DNA of 64,000 nt from Octopus vulgaris (GCA_951406725.2 OX597834.1:35898001-35962000), one strand, 5' to 3'; shown: positions 1 through 15,514, counted from the first letter of the stretch. Notes: generated by a model not told the origin, from the letters alone. Numbers and translations: made by a program.

Positions 1-2
1 GG

Positions 3-59
<57 letters not shown>

Positions 60-66
60 CGACGAT
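1..66. repeat. (GAT)n microsatellite
   Basis: Near-perfect GAT array at the window start. Confidence 0.95.
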
Positions 67-375
67 GGTAAAGATGATGCAGACGATGGAATCGATGGCG
101 GCGGTAGGTGGCGGTGGTTGACTTATCTTGATATTTCTCCCAAACTATCTCGCAACCAATTACTGTTGTTTCAAATACCCGCCAAACTTACTCCTGCTTA
201 AGTGACACTTTTGATTTATAAGCCACAAGATTATAATAGGACAAATTTATCGTAGCAGCCATTTTCTATTTTCTGTCGGTCTGTTTTGGGTAGATTTTAT
301 TTTTTGCCTTTTATATTTTAATTCGTGTATTTGGGTGTGTATTATGTGGCTGCATGTATAAATAAATAAATAAAT

Positions 376-378
<3 letters not shown>

Positions 379-467
<89 letters not shown>

Positions 468-496
468 TACATATATATATATTATAAATACATATA

Positions 497-551
<55 letters not shown>

Positions 552-745
552 TATATATATATGCATATATATGCATATGTGTGTGTGTGTAGATAGATAT
601 ATTTATATATGTATTTGTATATATATATATGCATATACATGTATATATGTGTGTGCATATATATATATATGTATTATATATATGCATGCGTACAGTAACA
701 TTACATATACATACATGAGTTTGTGTGTGTGTGTGTATTGGTTGT
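379..745. repeat. (TA)n / (TG)n compound microsatellite
   Basis: Long TA run followed by degenerate TATG/TG repeats; representative of dozens of similar tracts across the window. Confidence 0.95.
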
Positions 746-865
746 GAGATCAACCACAAGGCCATGTAGAAAGATTTCGTTTTTCAAACTTAAATGATAG
801 CTTGAAAAAGATAGATAAAAAAAATGAAATAGCAAAAAAAAGGAAACAAAATAAATATTGAGCAG

Positions 866-1175
866 TAGAAGAAGAAGAAGAAGAAGAAGAAGAAGAAGAA
901 GAAGAAGAAGAAGAAGAAGAAGAAGAAGAAGAAGAAGAAGAAGAAGAAGAAGAAGAGAATTGCGGGAAACAAATGTTATTCAGTGAGATAAGAAGTGAAT
1001 ATAAGCATAGAAGATTTGGAATCACAGGGAGACAGAGAGAGACAGAGAGAAAGAGTGAGAGAGAGAGAGAGAGAGGCAGAGAGACAGACAGACAAAGGGA
1101 GAGAGAGAGACAGGGAGAAAGAGTGAGAGTGAGAGAGACAGATAGACAGACAGAGCGGGAGAGGCAGACAGACAA

Positions 1176-1229
<54 letters not shown>

Positions 1230-1670
1230 GGGTAGAAAGAGCGAGAGATAAAGACAGATAGACGGACAGACGGAGGGAGAGAGAGACAGACAGACAGACA
1301 GACAGTCGGAGGGAGAGAGAGACTGGGAGAAAGAGAGAGAGAGAGAGAGATACAGACAGATGGAGGGAGAGAGAGAGACGGGTAGAAAGAGCAAGAGATA
1401 AAGACAGATAGACGGACAGGCGGAGGGAGAGAGAGACGGAGAGAAAGAGCGAGAGAGACGGAGAGAAAGAGCGAGAGAGACTGACAGATAGACAGACAGG
1501 CGGAGGGAGAGAGAGACAGACAGACAGACAGATAAATGGAGAGTGTTAGACAAAGGGGAGAGAGACAGACAGACAGACAACAGGGGAGAGAGACTGACAG
1601 GGGGAGAGAGGGAGACAAACAGACAGAAAGACAGAGAGACAGACCGACAGATAGACGGAGGGAGACAGAA
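866..1670. repeat. (GAA)n followed by a GA/GACA compound array with an internal higher-order duplication
   Basis: GAA array 866-955. The motif gagacgggtagaaagagc(g/a)agagataaagacagatagacggacag occurs at ~1225 and again at ~1375. Confidence 0.9.
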
Positions 1671-1699
1671 GTTTAGCAAAGGACTAGCAGTAGAAAGAA

Positions 1700-2018
1700 A
1701 CAAAGAAACAGATCTAGTCGGGAAGACGAGGCTCTTAGAAAAGGCATCGCGACCGACTTGCATTCAGCCAATTCTTCAGTACGAAACACGAACGTCGCGT
1801 TGTTAGAGCTACGGCCCGTGCTCTTGAACGCCGTTCAATAGGCCCGAGAGGCAGAGGCCATGGTGGGAGAGGTTGTATGGTGAACGATACTAAAGAGGCG
1901 GAAGACAAGCTCTTTTCTCTTTGGCCAATCCCCGATCAACTCCTTCAAGTGATGAAAATAAGGGTAGAGAGGGAAGTGTTGCCTTCTGGTCAGTTTCCTG
2001 AAAGGTGGACGACATTGC
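1700..2018 (+). mobile_element. Degraded 3' coding fragment of a Tx1/L1-clade non-LTR retrotransposon
   Basis: Broken frames read AMVGEVVW*TILKRRKTSSFLFGQSPINSFK and KIRVEREVLPSGQFPERW, resembling the C-terminal ...VW..R...F..RW end of Tx1/L1 ORF2. Confidence 0.5.
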
Positions 2019-2020
2019 TG

Positions 2021-2149
2021 CTTAATTTATCGATTTCGAAAGAAGGCAAAATCGACATCGTTGGAATTTGAACTCAGAGCGTAAAAACGGACAAAATACT
2101 GCTAATCATTTTGTCTGACGTACTAACGACTCTACCACCACGCCGCCTT
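2021..2149 (-). mobile_element. tRNA-derived SINE family A, diverged 5' part
   Basis: Reverse complement matches the head of the full copies at 47297 and 57959. Confidence 0.8.
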
Positions 2150-2201
2150 AACAACAACAACAACAACAACAACAACAATAATAATAATAATAATAATAAT
2201 A

Positions 2202-2235
<34 letters not shown>

Positions 2236-2399
2236 CGATGATGATGATGATAATGATAAGGATAATAATAATAATAATAATAATAATGATGATGATGATG
2301 ATTGTGATGATGATGATGATGATGATTGTGATGAGGATGATGATGATGATGATAATAATAATAATGATAACAACACCAACAATAATAATAATAATAATA

Positions 2400-2438
<39 letters not shown>

Positions 2439-2483
2439 GTGATGATGATGATGACGATAATAATAATAATAATAATAATAATG

Positions 2484-2532
<49 letters not shown>

Positions 2533-2581
2533 TAATAATAATAGTAATAATAATAATGATGATGATGGTGCTGATGATAAA

Positions 2582-2616
<35 letters not shown>

Positions 2617-2635
2617 TGATGGTGATGATGATAAA

Positions 2636-2676
<41 letters not shown>

Positions 2677-2702
2677 TAATAATAATAATAATAATAATAA
2701 TA
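2149..2702. repeat. Compound (AAC)/(AAT)/(GAT)n microsatellite
   Basis: Alternating AAT and GAT blocks. Confidence 0.95.
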
Positions 2703-3016
2703 CTAAAAGAAACAAACCAAACGAGCATGCTTGTTAGTTACATCATCAAACGGAACTAATGATGCAACGCACATATGGTTCTAATCGACGGCTGTAGCAC
2801 TTTTACAAATTCTTACTGTAGAGAAATACTCTTGAACCGTCCACCCACCCCCACCCTTCCATATCCCATTTATACCCCCGCCACCCCCACCCAAAACACA
2901 CACATAGAAATTCCAAGCTGTTTCTTTTCTCAATGCCAAACTCGTTATTCGGAACAGATTCCTCGGATTCACATACGTGTTATATCTCTGCATATTGGGA
3001 ATTACGACGAAAATGA

Positions 3017-3141
<125 letters not shown>

Positions 3142-3156
3142 TATTATTATTTATTA

Positions 3157-3189
<33 letters not shown>

Positions 3190-3589
3190 GCTATTATTGC
3201 TATTATTATTATTATTATTATTATTTTAAAAAAATTTTTAATATTTTTTACCATTTCATTATTATATGTAAACCCTCACACTTTATGTCTGTCTCTCTAT
3301 TGTCACCCTCATCCTTCACCCTTGCGGCAAATAAATAAAATCATCATTATTATTATTATTATTATTATTATCATTACTATCACCATCATCATCTTCATCA
3401 TTGTCAGTATCCTTAGCGCATCGGATAAAATGCTTAAACGGAATTTCTTTCGACTATTTACGTCCTAAATTCAAGTCAAATTTGCTTTTTCATCCTTTCG
3501 TGAATCGAATTTATTACACAGATGCCAGTTTTCTTAAGACGAAAAAACTGCTAAAAGTTGCCAACATATTATCAGAACTAGACTTTTTG

Positions 3590-4090
3590 AGGGTGAAGTG
3601 TGTTGTACTAGAGGGCCCGAAAGGAATATTAGGTTAGAATTGAGTCGGAGATTCTGATGCAAGGGAAGCCTGAGAAACTGGACAGGATCTCCTACCTAAT
3701 AAAGATCCAGAGAGTAACGTAGCTTCAGGTAACAGTGAGGTAAGAAACGTAGATCTCCTTGCCGACCAGGATGAGGAGGTGAAGTTGCTGTGTTGTTAGA
3801 GAAGAAATGTATCTCTCAATACGGACCATCTTGGAGTGAGAAGGTGAGCTGGCGGTGCTGGACGGGACTATCAGCGAGGACCATACATTCTACCTAGTGG
3901 CCATCTACAACCTAAAAGGGGTAAGACAACTAAATGTCTTCCAGCATCTCAAGGTCTTTCTAGGAACGTATCACTCTCTAGAGCTCATTAGTGAATGAAA
4001 CGTTTGCTTAGATACACGTTTGGAATTGTGGGATTAGCTGACACGAGAGAGGCGCAAAAGCCTCACAAACCTGCTCAGACGTTTCTAACT
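3590..4090 (+). mobile_element. Degraded APE-endonuclease region of a Tx1/L1-clade LINE
   Basis: Manual translation GGEVAVLL...GELAVLDGTISEDHTFYLVAIYNLKGVRQLNVFQHLKVFLGTYHSLELISE*NVCLD matches the APE pattern GVA.L / GR...D / LV.IYAP / FF / GDFN..LD. Confidence 0.6.
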
Positions 4091-4344
4091 CTGACAAAAA
4101 CCAAAATTAGCTAGTAAAAGTTAGTAATTCTACAGCTTAGGCCCCTGCAGAGGCAGGTTCACGCTAACAGCGTCGAAGGACGCTCGACGGATGGACCGGT
4201 TAAATAGCGCGTGGTCTAGATCTAGTTTGGTCCAAATCTTAAGGTGATCAAGAAACGGGATGACGAGGCGAGCTGAGTTGACTGATCTCACCCAGAAATG
4301 ATCCAAGAGGAAGCTATACCTGAGGTTTGAGCAGGGGTGTCGAG

Positions 4345-4765
4345 TGTCTATATTGCCTCTTTCATCTTTTCGGGGCCAATAAAATAATTACTAATTAAGC
4401 ACTGGAGTCGATGTAATTGAATGATACCTCACCCCCCCCCCCCGCACACACCAAATTTCAGACCGTGTGCCTGTGGTAGAAAGAATTATTGCTACTTTTT
4501 TTGTTGTTGTTCCTTATAAAGGTGTAATCTGAGATAATCCTTAGATCGTCGACCACAATGCCTTGCGAAATTACTTTCGGTTTTCTTTATTCTCAGAGTT
4601 CAAATCCCGCCGAGGTCAACTTTATCTTTTATCCCCCATCTGTTACCCCCGAGGTCGATAAAATGAAATACCATTGCAGTACTACAGTCGATGTAATCGA
4701 CTAAAATACCTCTCCACAAAAAAAAAAAAAAAAAAGCTGGCCTCACATTTAAATTAGAAACAAAC
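4345..4765 (+). mobile_element. Two diverged SINE family A copies
   Basis: ctttcatctttt cgggg...agtcgatgtaat and gagttcaaatcccgccgaggtcaac...gtcgataaaa blocks. Confidence 0.7.
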
Positions 4766-5215
4766 ATTTTAATCAAATGTTGTAGCGAAAGGGTGCTTAT
4801 GTCAGAGCACCACGGAAAAGAGGGTTTTTAACGGGATTACCTTATGAAAATACAGATGTTTTTGTTAGTTTGTTTCAGTTTTACTAACAGAAGGCTTTAT
4901 CTGAGGGTCTACCCCATCACCGGGCAAAGATGAAATATTCGTCTTTAGACATTCTTAACTGTTTATACAGGTTTGGCAATTTTCCATATGCAATATTTAC
5001 AGCGTTGCAAAATGGCTGCCGCGGAATAAGCAGAGGTGCACGTCACAGGGATGATGGCAGCAGCCTCGATAGCGTAAATAAGCACGTCCACGAATTATTT
5101 TCAAGCGAAGGAGAATAAAACTGAACTGCTTTTTTTTTCTTGTTTTCTTGTTTGGCAAAAGAGAAATGAAAAACAAAAATTAACGTACAGGGAGATTTTC
5201 AAGTTTAAATTATAG

Positions 5216-5598
<383 letters not shown>

Positions 5599-5741
5599 GT
5601 AAAGCATTGGAAATATCTTGATTTATAAAACAAGGAAAAACGAAAATCAACGTAAAACGAGATGCAGCGAAACCAGCACCATCATCTGCAACAACAACAC
5701 AAACAATAACAACAACAACCATACCAATAATAATAATATTC

Positions 5742-5894
5742 TACCCCAGTGTTTCAGTGGTACTTAATTCATCATCCCCGAAAGAGTGAAAGGCAAAGTC
5801 TATCTCGGCGGAATTTGAACTAAGAACGTAAAGACGGACAAAATGCCGCAAAATATTTCACCCGGCGTGCTAACGTTTCTGCCAGATCGCCACC
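5742..5894 (-). mobile_element. SINE family A fragment
   Basis: Reverse complement of ggcgatctggcagaaacgttagcacgccggg...agttcaaattccgccgag; head abuts (TAA)n. Confidence 0.8.
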
Positions 5895-5965
<71 letters not shown>

Positions 5966-5967
<2 letters not shown>

Positions 5968-6089
5968 ACACTAGGCATAACAAAAACGTGAACTTCCAAC
6001 CTGTTGTCTCTTGAGGTCTCCGGGTGAGACTTGGAGCCAACTTATACAAATATAAAGCAAAAGTCAAACATATAATAATAATAATAATA
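5966..6089 (+). mobile_element. Short 3'UTR remnant of a (TAA)n-tailed LINE (probably R4/Dong-like)
   Basis: Unique ~105 bp island flanked on both sides by (TAA)n and ending ...catataataataa, like the LINE 3' ends at ~8330 and ~58310. Confidence 0.5.
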
Positions 6090-6299
6090 GTTCCATCTTT
6101 TGCAGGCGTTATGGATAAAAATGAGTGTCTCTACTTCAGCCAACCTCAAAGAAAGAAAAAAAAAAGAGAAATAGACGTTGTACGTGGTTCAGTATGGCAA
6201 TGACTTTACAAATGACAGTACCTCCTTACTCGATATATTTTTTAAAGAAAAAAGACAAATATATAAAAGAAATTATGAGTTTCTCCATATATTCTCGAA

Positions 6300-6660
6300 A
6301 AAGTAACTGAATGGATCTCTAACCTGTGCATGGAACGTTGAATGCCCTAGCTATCGGGAAAAAGCAGCTGGAAACAGGGTCTTTTAAGATAGGGTTTACG
6401 GTTAAGAAATAGAGCAGGTGCGTAACATACCTGCCTACAGATTGAGGGCACAATAGATAGATCTCGGGAATACTTGGGATCACAACTAGAGACATTGGTG
6501 CAAAATATCAAGTGTTAACATGTCGTCTCCTTTCCTCAAAAGAATGAATGTGGACCGAGTAAGGAGTTGACTCGGACAAACATGTGGTCAGTTGGGGTCT
6601 TCATGGACTTGTGGATGTTGGATCTCCTGGGTCATCTAGGAGCTGTATTCCACTGACGGG
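6300..6660 (+). mobile_element. Possible degraded LINE ORF1 remnant
   Basis: Coding-like composition; broken frames give ..YLPTD*G.. and a possible C..C...GHL knuckle near 6610-6650. Heavily eroded. Confidence 0.25.
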
Positions 6661-6807
6661 ATGGGGTAGGGGGTATAAGGGAGGAGGTCAATATGACAAG
6701 TTAAGGGCCATTTGTGGACCTACTACCTGAAAAAAGGAAAAAGTAAAGAAGGCGGCAAATAGTTGCAGAGAAAACAGAGGGAGCAGCACCAACAGCTTTC
6801 TTCAAAG

Positions 6808-6920
<113 letters not shown>

Positions 6921-7048
6921 TACTACTACCATCATCACTAATACTACTTCTACCACCACCACTACTACTACTTCTACCACCACCACTACTACTACTACTT
7001 CTACCACCACCACTACTACTATTACTCCATCACCACGACTATCACCAT

Positions 7049-7120
<72 letters not shown>

Positions 7121-7386
7121 ATCAATTAGTTGGCCTTTCACAGTATTATTGATAATGCCTCACTGAAAACAACCACATTTATCAGCAAAATAAATAAATT
7201 GCTTTAAAAAAACCCGCTGACAACCTTCATTTGGTCCAGGAATTTTGATTCCGAGTGAATCGCAATTCCTGGACCAAAATGTTACATCCAATCAAAATCA
7301 GAAGCTGGCTCAAGTTGAAATTAATCCAAATGTGCCAGCAGAAAATAACAACCACAACCACAGCAGCAACAACAAGAATATTTTTT

Positions 7387-8399
<1,013 letters not shown>

Positions 8400-8654
8400 T
8401 TCATTTATTTGCCACCAGGGTGAAGAATGAGGGGGACAATACAAAACAGACATATAATGAAATGATAAAACAGATGAATACATACATTGAAAAGTATATA
8501 AAGGTTAAAAAAAGGAGATGTTAGAGCTGTAGTCCTCTTCATACAGGACGACCTCTAGGGATAATCGAAGTACCCCACTGTCCAAGGTCTCCCTAAAAAC
8601 CAAGGGCAAGTGCCTTCTCCAATTCCCTTTCTCCGATTCACTGGTCTACACTTA

Positions 8655-8694
<40 letters not shown>

Positions 8695-8949
8695 TGTTGT
8701 AGTAGCAACAATGGTGGTGGTGGTTGTGGCGGTGGTGGTGGTGGTGGTGGTGGTGGTGGTGGCAGTAGTAGTTTTACCATTTTCATAAGTTTCACCCAAC
8801 TTTCAAAAAGCTTACTTGAGGAGGAGGAGGAGGAGGAGGAGGAGGGGGAGGATGAGGAGGAGCCGGAGGAGGAGAATAGCTTCAAATTTTGGCACAAGGC
8901 TAGCGATTTTAGGGAAGGGATTTAATCCATTACCCCAGTACTTCGAACC

Positions 8950-9260
8950 CCAGCTTCTATACCCGGACTATGAATTCATATTCATACCAATAATGATTGG
9001 AGCACTAGGTTTTGTTAGTAAATGCTTAAAGGAGAATCTGAATAAACTGGGGTTTTCAGAAAGACAAATCGACTGGCTGATTCGTACATTACAAGTGCAA
9101 TCTGTGAGTGGAACAGTTAAAATATGCAAGACTTTTCTCAAGTTCCAAATGTGAATTTGTCTGTGTTAACTACATCCCAAAGATGGAGCCGTGTATCTTT
9201 GTTGGAAACCGGCTCCCTTCTCAGTGGAAGATCTATAATAATTAAAAAACAGAAGAGACA
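8950..9260 (+). mobile_element. 3' end of a second REL-type LINE family with a (TACA)n tail
   Basis: QLLYPDYEFIFIPIMIGALGFV...[19 protein letters not shown] shares the IP..IGALG / LQ....GT..I motifs; UTR runs into (TACA)n. Confidence 0.7.
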
Positions 9261-9463
9261 TACATACATACATACATACATACGTCCATCCATCCACCCA
9301 TCCATCCATCCATCTATCCATCCATCCATCCATCCATACATACATACATACATACATACATACATACATACAGGGTTCAAATGTACAAAAAACAAAAGAT
9401 GAAAACAGGTGAGTGAACAACAAGCAGGTATATCAGATTGACGCTTGGGAAGAATGGTAAAGT

Positions 9464-9499
9464 CTTTGATGTTTCAAACCTATGCTCTTTGACAGAAAG
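9464..9499 (-). ncRNA. Degenerate minimal hammerhead-like motif
   Basis: Minus strand CTTT-CTGTCAA-A-GAGC ATAG GTTT-GAAA-CA-TC-AAAG: stem I CTTT/AAAG, stem II GAGC/GTTT, altered core. Confidence 0.4.
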
Positions 9500-10545
9500 G
9501 ATTGACAGGGAAAAAATGGAGAGAAAAAGGGAAAAAAATAACAGAGAAAGAAAAATATGTGTAGGAATTAACGGTTTCACGTGATAAAATGACCATATAT
9601 ATATATATGTATATAGTTTTTAAATAACTATATAGACACGAAAATAAGGTTTATTATATAAACGATAGCTTTTATAGCGTCTAGTACTAATTATAATTTA
9701 ATTGTTAGTGACTTCGAAGCCTTTCTGTAGATCTGTTACTTATTAAAACTGAATAAGCTACTAACCCGTGAAAATTTCGAAGTCACTATGAATCAAATTA
9801 TAAATACAAGTACACACACATATATAGTATATGTGTGTGTATATGTGTGTATATATGTGTGTACACACCGTTGTGTTTACCTTCCTTTGATATTTTTTCT
9901 TAATCTCTGAAAAATCTATATTTTATTGGAGACTTTCTACAAGACTTGATAATCGGCTGTGTGAGTGTGTGTGTGTGAGAGAGAGAGAGAGTGTGTGTGT
10001 GTGTACATGCGTGTGTGTCACTGTGCGTGTGTGTGTGTGTGTGTATGAATGTATAATATTAGCTAGTTTTCAGTTTTACATCATTATATGTTTATATACG
10101 AGAGGCATGTGAGCGTACAGATATATACATACATAAATACGCGCACACACACAACATACACACACACGTACACACATATATACTAACACACACACGAACA
10201 TATATATATATGATATGTACATATATATGTGTGTGTGTATTCATAAACGCAAATTCTAAAATAGAATATATGTATACATACATACTATTTTAGAACCTGT
10301 GTGTCTATGAATATGTATGTATATACATATTTTTTCACGAGCATACACACACAAACAAACATATTTACATACATGTGTGTATATATATATATATATCCTC
10401 TGTTATTGTTATCGTTTCTATTCCTGTCCCTGCCATTATCTGTGATTCTCCGTTATAATCTCACATCGACCATTTCTAAAACAAAATGTAATTTCTAAAT
10501 ACTGAACTAAACGCCATCTTGTCTCTAAACCTTCGAAGCCACTCA

Positions 10546-10593
<48 letters not shown>

Positions 10594-10594
10594 A

Positions 10595-10667
<73 letters not shown>

Positions 10668-10697
10668 AATCTATCTTTCTATCTATCAGTCTGTCTG

Positions 10698-10783
<86 letters not shown>

Positions 10784-10796
10784 CATCGATCTATCC

Positions 10797-10850
<54 letters not shown>

Positions 10851-10857
10851 GTCTCTA

Positions 10858-10898
<41 letters not shown>

Positions 10899-11387
10899 CT
10901 CCATGTCCCTCATTTGTCATCCGACCTATTACTAGTTCAGCCTTCACCGCAAAAGTTCACTGTCCTCAGCAACACCTTATCTTTCACCATTTCCCACCTC
11001 CTTCTCCTCTCTTACTCTATCTCTCTCTCCCTCCTCTCACCACCGCCACCACCACAGACACCTCTCTCTCTCTACCCTCCACTACAAAACTACCCTCACC
11101 TACCCATGTCGGCCATTGCTGTGGACTTATTGTTAAACTAATGCTCGATCCTTGTCATAGGAATTAATTATATCACTTCTCCCCGCTCCCCATCCTGTAT
11201 ACTGATGTGTGCGCGGGTGCATGTATGCGTGCGTGCCTATATGTGTATGTGCGTGTGTGTGTATTTCTGTATGATTGTATGTAATACATACAAATATATG
11301 TATGCATATGTGTATATTTACATCTAAATACATGTATCTTTGTAAGTATGGATGTACGTATACGTGTGCGAATGTGTATTTTTGTAC

Positions 11388-11428
<41 letters not shown>

Positions 11429-11510
11429 TATATGTAATATATAGTATGTATGTGTATGTGTACGAATATATGCTTGTGTACGTGTGTGTGGCTTTTTGTG
11501 TGTATGTGAA

Positions 11511-11549
<39 letters not shown>

Positions 11550-11614
11550 TACGGGTAGATAGACATATACTTATATGTGTATCCATATATATACGTATAT
11601 ATACGTATATATTC

Positions 11615-11711
<97 letters not shown>

Positions 11712-12764
11712 CATATATATATATATATGCAAATGTCTATCTCTCTCTCATATATACATACATACATGTATGCATGTACATATGCATTTATATAGGCATA
11801 TGTACGTACTTACATATACATAAACATAAACACACACACATATATATATATACATACACACACACACACACGTATGCATACATTTGCATACATGCGCAAC
11901 ACATAAACACACACATACGCTCGTGTGCTTGTTTTCTAATCAACGACACGATAAACACTGACCTCTTTATACGCAGGCTTATATACACCTGTGTTTGGAT
12001 GTATATATATATATATACATACATATATTCATATATGTATATCTGATATACATACATATAGATATATATATATCTATATATATAGTATATATGTATGTGT
12101 GTGTATGTCTGAATGTGTGCGCGTGAGATCTAATCACTGATACGGTATAGGCTGGCCCCACCCCCCTCATTCCCCAATTACCCCACCCACCCACCCCTTT
12201 CTCATCAGTTCCACCGCCTTCCTCGTTGCAACAGGCCAGGCGCTTTACTGTCACGATCGACGGCCAACAAACTGAAATGAAAAGCTAACACAAACCGCTG
12301 GCTGCCATCATTCAGTTTTAATAAGCAAGAGATTTGATTTCAGCCGCTTATGTCAACGATCAACGTTGAAGAACGGACCTCCTCTTTCCCTTCCTCTTCT
12401 GCGCCCTGCTTTTCTTCCTCCTCCTCCTCCGTCGTCCCACATTGGCGATGAAAACACTGACCGTTGGATATTTCACTCTCAAACGTCCATGCGTATTTAT
12501 TCTTGTCCGTATTGTTATTTCGCTGTCGATGCTGCTGCTGTTGTTGTTGTTGTTGTTGTTGCTGTGGACGTTGTTTGAACTTTTGTCTATTTTTTGTTCT
12601 TTTTCTTTTTCATGTATCATCTTAAACCCACAGAAAATTGAATTTGCTTATTCAATTCGTTAGTGTGTTGGCAATGTTGCTTGTGATAATGATGGTGGTG
12701 GTTGTGGCGACTGTGACGCTGGTGTTGGTGTTGGATGCAATGGTGGTTAGAGGATAGTCATGCT

Positions 12765-12812
<48 letters not shown>

Positions 12813-13161
12813 ATGCTCAGATGCTCTTTACGCTCTCTCAATTCAAATCCCATCGAAATCGCCTTTGCCTTTCATTCCCTCAGGGTCAATAAAATAAAGT
12901 ACCAACGTAGCGACCACTTTCATTGTTATGGTACAATCCTCCTTCAAAATTCATAGTTTGTCCTTTTGGTTTGTTCATTTCTCGGTATAGCTTATTTATA
13001 TTGTTTAGGTGCTATAAAGTTTTTTGTTTTTTTTTAATATAAATACGAGGCAATCCAGCATATGCCTCTTGCTTATATATTATAAATTTTCAAATCCACC
13101 GCGCAAGCGCAGTTTTTTGTCGGCAGCAAATTTAATATATTGATATGTTAATCTTGGCCTA

Positions 13162-13231
13162 CCTGCTGAAGAAAGCTCCGCCTTGAAAATTATTTTATTT
13201 GCTAATTTAGAGCTTGGAACCATGGTCCAGG
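13162..13231 (+). ncRNA. Type I hammerhead ribozyme (one core substitution)
   Basis: CCTG-CTGAAGA-AAGCTC..31 nt..GAGCTT-GGAA-CCATGG-TC-CAGG: stem I CCTG/CAGG, 6-bp stem II, palindromic stem III, GUC site; GAAA reads GGAA. Confidence 0.75.
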
Positions 13232-13486
13232 AGATAGATGGTAAATGTCTTTATTTTTCATTCCCTTCGAAATTTATCCCTAATAGCGGTTTGGATTTTG
13301 GCTACTCCTTCTAGCATGCTAGGAGTCCTATGATGGTCACCTCTTGTGTGTTTAAATGTACACTGTATTTATATGAATTATATATAGTCTATTGACTAGT
13401 TTTCTACATGCGAGGCCACTGGGAGTAAAAATTACTAAACTTTTTTTCTTACCCTGATATCTATTAATTATGCATATATATATCTT

Positions 13487-13540
13487 AGGGGATCCTGAAA
13501 AGTTTCTGGCTTTGGGTAAAAGAAAATACAAGAGGATCGG
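13487..13540 (-). mobile_element. Terminal fragment of the mariner-derived MITE
   Basis: gggatcctgaaaagtttctggctttgggtaaaagaaaataca is the reverse complement of the right end seen at 36920-36968 and 37573-37624. Confidence 0.65.
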
Positions 13541-13564
13541 TCTCTCTCTGTGTATCTCTCTCTA

Positions 13565-13990
13565 GGGTAATGTTGCATGTGTTTGATAGTTTTCCCATCG
13601 TAAATGTACAGTTGGCGCATTTGTCAAGCCCAAATTCCATTTTGATGTAATCACTAAACTGTTTGACTGTGTTTAAGACTGCTTGCAGTTGTTGATAATT
13701 TTATGCGAACAGCTTCAAGTCATCCATATAAAGACGATTAATTGTCTTTCCATGCACCCAGTATCCATAACTTTTTTCATTCAGGAGTTTACTTTTGGGG
13801 AAGCAGTTCTAAGAAGAATAACAAAGGAAATAATGAAATTCCTTGAAAGCTTCCACAATTAATCTTGAGTTATTCAGCTTTTATATTTGTTGTATCGCTG
13901 TTGAGAATTAATACTGTTGTTCGGAGCTTCATGGTATCAGATACAAACTTCCTGATTACTGGTGAAATTTTGAACATCTCCAAGCATTCC
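13565..13990 (-). mobile_element. Degraded RT core of an R4/Dong-like LINE
   Basis: Minus-strand translation ...LKINCGSFQGISLFPLLF...LLNEKSYGYW...YMDDLKLFA*...VKQFSDYIKMEFGLDKCA contains the QG..LSP, YMDD and MEFGLDKC motifs. Confidence 0.85.
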
Positions 13991-14749
13991 TGTTATGTGA
14001 AAACGCGCCCATCTGTAGGGCCTCGGGCATGTGGCGTTGTTTTTGTTTCGGTGATGTTATTTTTACTGTTTTAAAAGTACACAGGATATAAGCAGTGCCC
14101 TGCTATGCCATTTTTCTTTGGGTTTTTTTTTTGTTGCTGTTTGTTTGTGTTTTTGCTATTGCATGAACTTTCAACAATTTCTATCAAAGGTCCCAGAGTT
14201 AAAAAAACAACAACAGAAAACCAGAAACACAAGAAATCAAACGGGTCAGTATGGGTTCTTAGGCTCACTTTCCCTGGGATTCGCCAAAATCAATAACGTG
14301 ACAGACGAAATTACTAAAGTTGATGTTGTTGTTGCAGTTGTAATTTTTAACGTTGAGAATCAAAACAGTAAGGATTATTTGTTGTCACCGGAAGTCTACG
14401 AAACTCCTGCTTCATGGCTTCCGGTCCTGGTTTTTTTTTTTTGCAATGTCTGCTCTATTCGCCATATTTATTTGTTGATACTGTTTGTTCTTCAAGTCAC
14501 AGTTCACTTATTTTTATGCTGGCTGGTCGGTCGGTTGGCTGGTGAGTTGCTCAGGTTGGTTGGCTGCCTGCATTGTTGTTCCATGGTCGAATGCATCGTT
14601 GCAAGTTCTCTTGTTTTTTTTCAGTATTGTTCAGGTATTGTTATGGCTTCTCTCCCTTGTTTTTATGCATACGTATGTATATATATATAATATATATATA
14701 TCTATATATCTATATATATATATGCATGCATCCATGTTTATGTATGTGC

Positions 14750-14785
<36 letters not shown>

Positions 14786-15514
14786 GAGCGTTTATGTATG
14801 TGTACGCGTGGATCTATGCCTGTCTATGCATGCACCTGTATATATTGTATATATGTCCGTGCATCTCTGCATATGCATTTGTCTGTATATATGTGTGTGT
14901 GTATATAAGACATGTATGTATCTTTGAATATATGTATGTATGTATGAATTATGCTTGCATGAATGCATATATGGCTGTACATATGCATACATCCATATAT
15001 GTATGAATATACATATATGTATGAATATATGTATCTACTACTGTGCTCACGCATGTGTGTATGTATGCATATGTCTATATAAATATATGTATGTATATAT
15101 GCGTAAACATATGTATATGAGCGTTTTTGCTCGTGATCTTGTTGGGCCTTTTTTCCTCCTCTAATAGTTTTCTGCTGTTTTTTTATTTTTAGATATATTG
15201 TTGTTGTTGTTGTTGTTGTTTTTCTTGTTGCTTTTTATTTCTAGAGTTCTCTTAAAATTTATTTTCCTTGTTTTTTATTTTTCTTATTATTGTTTTTGGT
15301 CATTTATTTGTCTTTTCTCTTATCTGGGTGGCAATGTTGAGCGTTTAATTTAGATCAAAGTGTAAATCTAACATGGCCGCCATAACGCATTCACCCCTTC
15401 CCTCTTTCATCGGTATATATATATACACACACAAATACATACATACATATCTTTTTTATTTTGTCTATTCATACGGGAGTCCGACATTTCTGAATATGTT
15501 ATATGTAACAATCC

